Virus record (IMG/VR): IMGVR_UViG_3300020045_002481 | Coordinates: 1 to 31,693 of that record | Direction: 5' to 3' (one strand) | Source of the DNA: a virus | Lineage: Duplodnaviria > Caudoviricetes | DNA length: 31,693 nucleotides | Shown here: positions 1 to 8,000 of the stretch, in pieces | Layout: every line of letters begins with the position of its first letter | Numbering within the stretch: the first letter of the stretch is position 1 | Notes under the pieces: model-generated | Seen by the model: the letters and a program-made list of their open reading frames with translations, nothing else | Databases searched by the model: none | What the model was told of the DNA's origin: nothing | Translations under genes and position numbers: made by a program

Positions 1-79
1 AGAAATCAGCTATTGCTTTATTAAGATTCTCTTCCATTTCAATCCCGGTATTGCAGGGAATCTCGATTGTTAGTATCAT
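1..79 (-). CDS. Partial hypothetical protein, runs off the window start (MILTIEIPCNTGIEMEENLNKAIADF...)
   Basis: ATG at 79 on the minus strand, just after the stop of the RepL-like gene, with an A/C-rich leader (TTTAAACTCACACTC). Frame open to position 1. Confidence 0.5.
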   Translation of the reverse strand, partial: MILTIEIPCNTGIEMEENLNKAIADF

Positions 80-96
80 GAGTGTGAGTTTAAATG

Positions 97-636
97 TTAA
101 TCTTCAAAGTCTTCTGTAGCATCCTCAGGCATTTCAATCATGTACTTTTCAAATGGGTGAGTATTCTCCATTATCACACAGTCCGGGTATGCCTCAATTC
201 TGTGCCCTCTGAACATGTACTTAGGATTGATCCAGTATGTGTTGTTACGTTTGGCCCTTGGCAAGATGATGATGTCATTGATAGATGCTTTGGCACTGAA
301 GAATGTACTACGTGATACATTCATGGTCTCACAGTATCTGTCCTCTTCCAGTTCCAGATAGTCTTTGTTGAATCGCATCCTGGATGCAATGTACATGATC
401 ATGTCCTTAGCTGAAGTGGATAGATTCTGATAGAACGTGAACAGGTCTTCTGTGTACAATAGCACTTTACTACCACGTTCTTGTTTGTACACACGTAACT
501 GTTGCAATGGAGTGCTATGTCCTTCTTTGAGTCTATCTGTCCCAGCTGTGATCATCTTCTCCAGCCGCCACACAGCCTTGATTTTGAACCTGTTAGGATC
601 AGCAAAGGGATTAGGTAAGTTCGGTTTCTTAGCCAT
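97..636 (-). CDS. RepL-family (winged-helix) replication/maintenance protein
   Basis: 179-aa ORF with an HTH-like segment (YCETMNVSRSTFFSAKASI) and the YWINPKYMFRG motif typical of RepL-like proteins. Such genes are common near the crAss-like packaging module. Confidence 0.65.
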   Translation of the reverse strand: MAKKPNLPNPFADPNRFKIKAVWRLEKMITAGTDRLKEGHSTPLQQLRVYKQERGSKVLLYTEDLFTFYQNLSTSAKDMIMYIASRMRFNKDYLELEEDRYCETMNVSRSTFFSAKASINDIIILPRAKRNNTYWINPKYMFRGHRIEAYPDCVIMENTHPFEKYMIEMPEDATEDFED

Positions 637-684
637 TAGTCCAGGGTATTTGAGTGAGTAATTAGATTAGTGTAATTGATTGGA

Positions 685-692
685 CAAATGTA
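685..692 (-). promoter_or_regulatory. Bacteroidota-type -7 promoter element (TACATTTG) upstream of the RepL-like gene
   Basis: Minus strand reads TACATTTG, matching the TAnnTTTG consensus, about 50 nt upstream of the ATG at 636. No clean -33 TTTG at canonical spacing. Confidence 0.45.
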
Positions 693-720
693 CGCACAAA
701 TAGATGATAGGTGAACATAT

Positions 721-1090
721 AGTCCAGAGTTTGTGTATAAATAAGTGTAGTATTATATTATACACCACTTATTACACTTACACTGATTGAGGGATTATCT
801 GCTTGTGATTGGAAGCAGGGAATAGTAGTATTGTATGTGAATCAGTAGTAGTGAAATCAGCTATGAATGTGAGAATTGGTAGTGGAAAACACTGTTGTTT
901 CAGTGCGTAGTAGGGTAGATGGATAGTATGTAAGCTGTGATAGTAGTGTGAGGACAGGGAAATGAGGTAGTAGTAGGAGTAGTCAAATGATGGAGAAGGA
1001 TGTGTAGAGGGTCCGGGCCCAACGGGCCACAGACTCAGTCACTTACGTTAGTTTACTCCTCACTACTGAAGTAGTAGTTTACTCCGGGAC
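721..1090. other. Non-coding, strand-skewed region with inverted and direct repeats (candidate origin or genome-end region)
   Basis: No credible ORF; C-poor + strand with recurrent TAGTAG; overlapping inverted repeats at 733-780; TAGTTTACTCC at 1049-1059 and 1075-1085. Confidence 0.4.
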
Positions 1091-1095
1091 AGATG

Positions 1096-1119
1096 AAAAA
1101 AAGCCCTCAACCGAGAGCT
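1096..1119 (-). terminator. Intrinsic terminator, minus strand
   Basis: Minus strand reads AGCTCTC-GGTT-GAGGGCT followed by a T run, overlapping the stop of the 1107-1283 ORF. Confidence 0.75.
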
Positions 1120-1283
1120 GTGATTGTGAACTTCTGCTGTGTGTGGACAGGTGTAGGCATGATCTCCTCCATCTCCTCCTCTGTAAGCAGGCATGAGATG
1201 TGTACTCCATGGCCTCTCGCCTCCGGACAGTCCAGATAAAACTCTTCCAACCTCTGGTCGAGGTCAATGATTGGCTTACTCAT
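1107..1283 (-). CDS. Small hypothetical protein (MSKPIIDLDQRLEEFYLDCPEA...)
   Basis: ATG at 1283 after an A-rich leader (TAAACCAACTTAT); ends in the terminator. Confidence 0.55.
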   Translation of the reverse strand: MSKPIIDLDQRLEEFYLDCPEARGHGVHISCLLTEEEMEEIMPTPVHTQQKFTITALG

Positions 1284-1362
1284 ATAAGTTGGTTTAATTG
1301 ATGACGTAGTAAACACTCACAATCTAATGACTGTGAGTGTTGGTAATTAAGTCTGCTGTGAA

Positions 1363-1635
1363 TTAGCTGATGACAGCCTCATTGCTAACAGCAGGTGTGG
1401 CAACTGGTGCCTCCTCTCCAAGCAGGTCTGTGATAGAGAACTTGATCTTCTCAACAGTGGCTGGAGCCTTGTAGCGAACATTGTTCACGACGATAGCCTT
1501 GTGGCCTGTCTTCGTGTCTGCCTCTTCAACTACAGCTGTGACCATGTCTCCATCCTCGAACTTCCTCACTCCTGCTCTCGCAATGGCGTTAAAGCTCACC
1601 TGAATGTTGTTCAGGTACTCATTGAACGTTGTCAT
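1363..1635 (-). CDS. C-terminal portion or N-truncated paralog of the 1680-2204 protein, with a natural-looking tail (EEAPVATPAVSNEAVIS)
   Basis: 69 of 70 residues identical to residues 101-170 of the 1680-2204 ORF. Confidence 0.55.
   Translation of the reverse strand: MTTFNEYLNNIQVSFNAIARAGVRKFEDGDMVTAVVEEADTKTGHKAIVVNNVRYKAPATVEKIKFSITDLLGEEAPVATPAVSNEAVIS
1417..1626 (-). repeat. Left arm of a 210-bp inverted repeat (partner 1980-2189)
   Basis: Manual codon-by-codon alignment: 12 differences in 210 nt, 11 synonymous. Confidence 0.95.
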
Positions 1636-1679
1636 CTTAATTTAAACCTTTCGGTCATAGGTTAACCGAGCATACAGTT

Positions 1680-2204
1680 ATGAGCACACGCACACCAATC
1701 GACGCAGCCCGCACAATCGCTATCATCAACAGTCGCTTGCCAATCAGCAGGTCACACGTAGGTCAACAAGTGTTGTTATCCATTCAGGGAGCTGGTACAT
1801 TCCAGTCTGCTCAACAGCAGGAGGCTAAGACTCCAGGGCAGAAGGCTTACTTCGATAAGCACATCTTCAACCTGAAGGCTAACAGCACAGAGGCTATGGC
1901 ACGTCCGGAGAACAAGCTCCTGCTGAAGGAAGGCATGGTAGCAGAGGGTAACGGTGATACTGCAACAGCAGACGCCAAGTTCAATGAGTACCTGAACAGC
2001 ATTCAGGTGAGCTTCAACGCCATTGCGAGAGCAGGCGTGAGGAAGTTTGAGGATGGGGACATGGTTACAGCTGTAGTTGAAGAGGCTGATACCAAGACAG
2101 GCCACAAGGCTATCGTCGTGAACAATGTTCGCTACAAGGCTCCGGCTACTGTTGAGAAGATCAAGTTCTCTATCACAGACCTGCTTGGTATCTTCAGCAT
2201 CTAG
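1680..2204 (+). CDS. Hypothetical phage protein; the last residues (IFSI) come from the antisense strand of the neighbouring gene
   Basis: 174-aa ORF with a CATACAGTTATG start context and codon usage typical of block A up to 2189. Confidence 0.7.
   Translation: MSTRTPIDAARTIAIINSRLPISRSHVGQQVLLSIQGAGTFQSAQQQEAKTPGQKAYFDKHIFNLKANSTEAMARPENKLLLKEGMVAEGNGDTATADAKFNEYLNSIQVSFNAIARAGVRKFEDGDMVTAVVEEADTKTGHKAIVVNNVRYKAPATVEKIKFSITDLLGIFSI
1980..2189 (+). repeat. Right arm of the 210-bp inverted repeat (partner 1417-1626)
   Basis: Encodes FNEYLNSIQV...SITDLLG, versus FNEYLNNIQV...SITDLLG in the left arm. Confidence 0.95.
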
Positions 2205-2393
2205 CCCTGGAACTTCTTTCTTACTTAACCACCTGTCGATCTCATCAAAACAATCAGCGAAGATCTGCTTGATAGCGGCTACGTCTTCACGTTGGCCGGG
2301 GTTGAAGGAGACAGACATTACCTGCTGTCCTCTGGTGAGTGGTGTAAGGTTAGCTGGAGTTGTTTTTGGGAGTAAATCCTGAAGTGTGTCCAT
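2190..2393 (-). pseudogene. N-terminal half of an Acb2/Tad1-like nucleotide-sponge protein
   Basis: MDTL...RGQQVMSVSFNPGQREDVAAIKQIFADCFDEIDRW with a CTATACAGTATG start context. Below 2190 the frame is only the antisense of the 1680 gene. Confidence 0.6.
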
Positions 2394-2418
2394 ACTGTAT
2401 AGAGTTTTAGATTAGGAA

Positions 2419-2518
2419 GCTAAGTTACACCACTTCCAAACCGGTAAACTCAGGACATATATACATCTGTGGGTAAATGCTAAGGTACAAGGACCAGATA
2501 TACTTGAACAAACTCAGG
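2419..2518 (-). promoter_or_regulatory. Two tandem promoter-like units (CCTGAGTTT...TGTA[A/C]CTTAGC)
   Basis: On the + strand, GCTAAG[T/G]TACA at 2419-2429 and 2479-2489, and AAACTCAGG at 2446-2454 and 2510-2518. TAnnTTAG resembles the Bacteroidota -7 box. Confidence 0.45.
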
Positions 2519-2604
2519 CAGCAGACACACACAGACTGGCAGCGATTGCTAAGACCAACCTCGAAACTGCTCAGATGTACGCCGTTAAGGCCGTTACCCG
2601 TTAA
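2518..2604 (+). pseudogene. C-terminal half of the Acb2/Tad1-like protein (AADTHRLAAIAKTNLETAQMYAVKAVTR*)
   Basis: Manual translation. Matches the A-x-T-x-L-E-x-A-x-M-[WY]-A-x-K-A-V helix recalled for Acb2/Vs.4-like proteins; no suitable start codon of its own. Confidence 0.6.
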
Positions 2605-2693
2605 CTTCTTCAGCGGACATGGTGTACAACGAGAAGTTGTAACAGGTGATAACTACCCTTTGAAACATCTGCTGATTTTAAACTACTACCACT

Positions 2694-2870
2694 ATGACAC
2701 TACACATCAGACCATCAACAGACAACCAGTTCTACTGGACACTGAACTCCAGGAATGGTAAAGTACTGGCTACCAGTGAGACATACAAGACAGTACAAGC
2801 TGTGCTGAAGACTGTGAACAAGGTAGCATCTCAGTGGCCTACATTGACAATCAAAAACCACGTTAAGTAA
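2694..2870 (+). CDS. YegP/DUF1508-family small protein (58 aa, not in the ORF track)
   Basis: MTLHIRPSTDNQFYWTLNSRNGKVLATSETYKTVQAVLKTVNKVASQWPTLTIKNHVK*; FYW-L-S-NG-VLATSETY is the DUF1508 signature. TAATG overlap with the next gene. Confidence 0.75.
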   Translation: MTLHIRPSTDNQFYWTLNSRNGKVLATSETYKTVQAVLKTVNKVASQWPTLTIKNHVK

Positions 2871-3121
2871 TGAGTTACACTAAGCCAATGGTAACCATTG
2901 AGTTACAGGAATACCTTGAATTAACAACTCCTAAAGAAGGGGAATCAAATGAATCGCTTGCTTTGGAGGTACTGTGTGCGATAGTAAACCATTCAGATGT
3001 TATAACTTTTGATGGGCTTAAATTAGAACATGAGCTGTATAATAAGAAAATTTCATTTGCTGTTATAAATGGGACAAAGGGTAACATAACTAAAGATCAA
3101 CTCCACATCAAACGCTTATGA
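2870..3121 (+). CDS. Hypothetical phage protein
   Basis: 83-aa ORF with stop/start overlaps to both neighbours. Confidence 0.65.
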   Translation: MSYTKPMVTIELQEYLELTTPKEGESNESLALEVLCAIVNHSDVITFDGLKLEHELYNKKISFAVINGTKGNITKDQLHIKRL

Positions 3122-3957
3122 ACTACTTCACTCAACTCCAGGCTAAGAGTACACCTGCTGTGAAGAAAGAGGTAGGACCACTGGCTGACAAGTCCACTCC
3201 GGTAGACTATGATGACAGCAAGCATCTCTATACTCTCAACCAGCAGAAGTACACATCAGCATCTCAACTCTACGAGAGGTTCCATGAGCAGTTCCCTGAA
3301 GATGCTCACATCAGGTATGCTGAGAAACACGGCAACACACCTGAGTACTGGAAGGCTAAGTGGGATGAGAAGAACCTGATCAGCAGGGTAAGAGGTGACC
3401 GGATACATGACGCCAATGAGACTGTGGACCATGGAAGCATGATCAACATCTATGAAGGACAGCAGATACCAGTAATTGGGCCCGGCTATGAGGATAGTTA
3501 CCCATGGAATAAGAGACCTGATGGAGTGTACACAGAAAGAATGGTATGGCACCACGGGTATAGAATAGCTGGAAGGATTGATAAAACCATCATCCTTACA
3601 CCTGATGACTACATAAATAGAGCAGTGCATATTTGTAACTTGAAGAGGTATGCTCACATCAAGGATTACAAGACTAACGAGAAGCTGGACTTCAAGTCTT
3701 CCCAGTTCCGCAATGGTAACTACAAGATGATGAAGGCGCCTATAGCTCACCTCATGGATTGCAACTGGATACACTACTGCTTACAGCTAAGCACTTACAT
3801 GCTGATGCTGGAGTACCAGGGATTCTTACCCGGGAAGATGACTATCATTCACTACCCTCACCCAACAGCAGACGTACCCAACCCTGAGAAACAGGAATAT
3901 GAAGTACCCTATTTAAAGAAAGAAGTGGTACAGATGTGCCAGTTCATAAACCGATAA
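3118..3957 (+). CDS. PD-(D/E)XK (RecB/Cas4-like) nuclease
   Basis: Motifs IAGRID, IKDYKTN and HYCLQLSTY; usual position upstream of crAss-like terminases. Confidence 0.85.
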   Translation: MNYFTQLQAKSTPAVKKEVGPLADKSTPVDYDDSKHLYTLNQQKYTSASQLYERFHEQFPEDAHIRYAEKHGNTPEYWKAKWDEKNLISRVRGDRIHDANETVDHGSMINIYEGQQIPVIGPGYEDSYPWNKRPDGVYTERMVWHHGYRIAGRIDKTIILTPDDYINRAVHICNLKRYAHIKDYKTNEKLDFKSSQFRNGNYKMMKAPIAHLMDCNWIHYCLQLSTYMLMLEYQGFLPGKMTIIHYPHPTADVPNPEKQEYEVPYLKKEVVQMCQFINR

Positions 3958-3963
3958 CCTCCT

Positions 3964-4281
3964 ATGGCAATGTATGACTCACACCTCAAGTATGAGGAGA
4001 AGGAATGTAACAACCGTATCGTCAGGGATATAGCTGAGGATATGAAACTCAACATCTCACAGGTTGAGGACATCACCAAACACTTCTCCGGCTTCATCTC
4101 CAATACCATTCACTCAGGTGGAATGGAAGGAGTGATGATCCCTTACCTCGGTAAGTTCCAGGTTAAACTGAACTCACAACAGTACAAGGATTATGTACAT
4201 GCACTGGGTAAGGATATGAAGTGGTACTTTAAGAAGAACCCTGAAGGAATGAATACTCTGATGGAGGAGAGTGAACTATGA
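3964..4281 (+). CDS. HU/IHF-like DNA-binding protein
   Basis: Two N-terminal helices (IVRDIAEDMKLNISQVEDI) and the VMIPYLGKFQVK strand motif. Confidence 0.7.
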   Translation: MAMYDSHLKYEEKECNNRIVRDIAEDMKLNISQVEDITKHFSGFISNTIHSGGMEGVMIPYLGKFQVKLNSQQYKDYVHALGKDMKWYFKKNPEGMNTLMEESEL

Positions 4282-4376
4282 TGGCTTTATTATTAATCTG
4301 TGGGATGTTGCTGGGTATTGTAGTATCTGCATTATGCATTCTTCAGTTCATCATGAAGTATAACAAGAAACCATGA
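4278..4376 (+). CDS. 32-aa single-pass membrane peptide (MMALLLICGMLLGIVVSALCILQFIMKYNKKP)
   Basis: Fills the intergenic gap exactly, with ATGA overlaps at both ends; hydrophobic stretch followed by a basic tail. Confidence 0.6.
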   Translation: MMALLLICGMLLGIVVSALCILQFIMKYNKKP

Positions 4377-5044
4377 GGCTATTCACTATTGATAACAACT
4401 ACCAGGTAGAACTCAACAAAGAGTGGATTTTACTCATCCCTGAGTTCGCTGCTCTGCTGAGAAGAGACAAGGGCTCAGAAGGAGACTACCGTGGGGATAA
4501 GAAGCTGAAAGCTAAGAAGGAATTCAGCTTCATTTACTTCGATCTGGACTTCACATCTCCTATCCGGGAGTGGGAAGACTATGAGCGTAGAGAAGAGGCC
4601 ATGAAATACTCCGGACTGAAAGAAGCTGATCTCGATGGCGCTGTAATGGCTGCTCATGGAGTGTACAACGACCTGCTGCTTCAATCCAGCAGGAGTCTCA
4701 AGACTCTAAGGAATGTAGAACACTCACTCACAGCCTTGGATGACTATTTCCTCAATCTCGACTTCACCCTGCTGGATAAGAAGGGTGAGTTGGTACACAA
4801 TCCTGGCCAGTACCTCACCAATCTTGAGAAGCTGGGTAAGGCATTCTCAGCTGTTGATGCATTCAAGAAGAGAGTACAGGAAGAACTGAAAGGAGACGCC
4901 GGCATCAGAGGTCAGAGTACACTTGGACGTAAGGAAGGAACTGCAAGAACAGAATGGAGTGAGAAAGCTACTGCTCCTGTAATAACGCAAACATCATTTG
5001 AAGACATCGGACGCCTGCTGCAGGATGACGATGAAGAGGAGTAA
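4373..5044 (+). CDS. Conserved crAss-like protein preceding TerL (possible terminase small subunit)
   Basis: 223-aa largely helical ORF ending 5 nt upstream of terL; function from synteny only. Confidence 0.55.
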   Translation: MRLFTIDNNYQVELNKEWILLIPEFAALLRRDKGSEGDYRGDKKLKAKKEFSFIYFDLDFTSPIREWEDYERREEAMKYSGLKEADLDGAVMAAHGVYNDLLLQSSRSLKTLRNVEHSLTALDDYFLNLDFTLLDKKGELVHNPGQYLTNLEKLGKAFSAVDAFKKRVQEELKGDAGIRGQSTLGRKEGTARTEWSEKATAPVITQTSFEDIGRLLQDDDEEE

Positions 5045-5049
5045 AACCT

Positions 5050-8000
5050 ATGGGATTCCACAACTTTGTAAACACAGCCCAGTTCTCATACACAGCCCGT
5101 GACTTCAAGAAGCAGGGGGACAGGTACTGTCTTGCTCCTATCGGAAGCAGGGAGTGGACGGAATGGTGGGATGAAGAAGAGAAGCGATGTGCTGAAGGGT
5201 ACACCGTAGGAGGACTGTGGATACCCGGGAGGTATTATCACTATTTGAACTTTACTCCTATCATGAAGGTAGATGATGCTGTGGCCATGGCCATGTACAG
5301 AGATGGCAGAAGTAAGAAAGATGGTAAGCTAAGCAGAGTAGTAAGTGATCGTATCATGGGCTTTCCCAGGTTCTATGAAGTAGACTATGAGTGGTACAAC
5401 TTCAAGCATATCGCATGGAATGGTGGTGAGTTCATGGGAATCAAATCACCGGGAGCTAAGCACGTCTGCTGTGGGAAAACAAGGGGAGCTGGCTTCTCTT
5501 ATAAGGAGGCTCAGGACGGCGTGTACAACTTCACTTTCATTGACGGTAGTAAGAACTACTACTTCGCAGGGTTGGAGCAGTACCTCATTGTAGATGGTAT
5601 CCTGAATAAGGTGCAACCAATGCTGGATTTTACCAATGATAACTGCATTGAATGGAAGAAGAATAGACAGAAGAAGAGTACCCTGTTACATCAGAAAGCA
5701 TCTTATGTAGATGCCTTAGGAGTTGAGCGGGGTAGCTTCTCTGAGATTATAGGACTGAGTATTGATGATCCTGAAAAGGCACATCCACATTCAGCAAATA
5801 TCATTACACCTGATGGCCCAAGGAAGTGGAAAGACATAGAGCCTGGTGATCAGGTATTTGGCTCTGATGGGCAAATTATCAATGTAGAAGATACTTTCGA
5901 GCAAGGGATAAAAGACATTTACACTGTAACATTTGATGATGGAAGAACTGTTCAATGTACTTATGATCACCTGTGGACTGTATCCTATTGGGAAAGCTGG
6001 GGAGGAACTTTAAGAGAGCACACAATGACCACTGCTGATATTCACAAAAGAATGGGATACGCAGCCTACCCCACTAACAAGATCAAGATTAAAATCAATG
6101 GCTGTACAGATTACCCATATCAAGATGTACCTATTGAAAGTTACACAATGGGATTGATGTTGGGAGATGGCTCAATTGGAAAATCTACAAAAAATCGTGC
6201 AGAATTAACAATGATGTATGAAGACGTAGATTCTATTTCACATCTTGTTCCATATGAAATGAATAAGGCAAATTGGGGAACAGGAATCAGAAACACTATT
6301 GATCTCCCAAATGCAAAAGCGTTATTCCAAGAGCTGGACTTATTCGATAAAAGATCAGGAACTAAATTCATACCTGATGTTTACAAATACAACTCTAAAG
6401 AAATAAGGTTAGCTGTTATTAACGGTCTGCTGGATACTGATGGATCGGTAACCCGTGACTTTGGAGTAATTGAATACTGCACTAAGTCACAGCGACTGGC
6501 AGAAGATTTCATCTGGGTAATACATAGCTTAGGATTTGGAGGATCTGTAAAAGCTCGTACTATTAAGGGTACGGTATACTACAGATGTTATGTGTACTGC
6601 AAACCTGATGAAACGAGTTTATTCTGCCTGGCTAGGAAAAGAAATAAGATACTTTTCAAAAAATGGAATAAGAAAGCATTAAACAAGTCCTCATTTGTAC
6701 AATTTCAATCTATCGAATTCTCACATCAAGAACACGCTAAGTGCATTCGTGTAGATGCAGAAGATCATTTGTACTTGATTGAGGATCATATAGTTACACA
6801 CAATACGAGGGGTAAAAGAGGAAGGAAGATCGTATTTGAAGAAGCAGGGTCATTCAAGAACCTTAAGAAAGCACTGAATGTGTGTCGGGGTAGTATTCAG
6901 GATGGAGACATTACTGTAGGACAGATCAGTGTGTTCGGCACTGGGGGTGAAGAAGGTGTAAGCATTGAAGGATTGGAAGACATCTTCTATGATCCGGACA
7001 GCTTTGATATGCTGGCATTCCCCAACGTGTGGGAGAAAGGGTATGAAGGAACTACCTGTGGGTACTTTGTTCCTGTGTGGAGGACCAAGTCATCATTCAT
7101 GGATGAGGAAGGTAATGTAGACATTGTTGGCGCTATTGAGTCTGAGAAGATCATTCGCCGGCAGAAGAAGAAAGCTAAAGATCCCAAAGTACTCGATGGT
7201 CACAAGGCTGAGTACCCATTCAAGCCCGGGGAGATGTTCAAGCGCCTCAGCAAGAATATGTTTGACATTGCTGAAGTGGAAGCTCAGATTAGAAGAGTTG
7301 AGACACAGCAGACGATACAGGGTATGCTTAGATACGGTAAGCTGGTAAGGGATGAAACTCACGGAGTAATCCTGGTACCCCAGGCTAAAGACATTGCCAA
7401 GCCTGTAGACTACTACCCTCACAGTAGTAAAGATGATCTGGAAGGATGTGTCACAATTGCTGCCCGTCCTTATAAAGACATCAAGAGTCAGACACCTGCT
7501 GGTATGTATCAGATTGTAGTTGATCCCTACTACAAGGAAGAGAGTGAAGACCTCACCTCACTGTTCTCCGTCTCTGTATGGAAGCAGTACAATATGATTG
7601 ATCCTACAGATGAGGGATTGCCGATAGCCTGGTATGACGCCCGGCCACAGCAGCTGGAGACAGCTTACAAGAATCTGTTCATGCTGGCTGATATGTACAA
7701 TGCATCTATCCAAAGTGAGATAGCCGGTGGTGGGCAAGGTATTGTAGATTACGCCCGGAGAACCAAACAACTACATAAGCTGGACTTTGAGCCTGAGATG
7801 TTCTCCACCAAGGAGTATGCTTCTGCAGCACAGCAGAAGAACAGATCTATCTTTATGAATATGCCCACGGAGAAGAAACGTATGGGCCTAACCTATCTTG
7901 CCAACTGGCATACGAATATGCGGGGCTCTACTCCTGAGGGAAAATCAATACTGAATATCCACCGTGTGTATTGGCTTGGCCTGCTGAAGGAGATGAAGCG

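Noticed and set aside
781-1090. TAGTAG repeats as a CRISPR array
   Set aside because: No constant-length repeat-spacer periodicity and no cas operon; the Cas4-like nuclease is a usual stand-alone phage gene.
1417-2189. Repeat pair as a DGR template/variable repeat
   Set aside because: Only 6 of 12 differences are at adenines of one copy, nearly all are synonymous, and there is no reverse transcriptase in the window.
1776-2189. C-terminal two-thirds of the 205-aa minus ORF 1776-2393
   Set aside because: It is the antisense of the 1680-2204 gene; only 2190-2393 looks coding.
2477-2761. 94-aa plus ORF in the track
   Set aside because: Wrong frame: it overlaps the Acb2-like C-half and the YegP-like gene, which have recognisable motifs in other frames.
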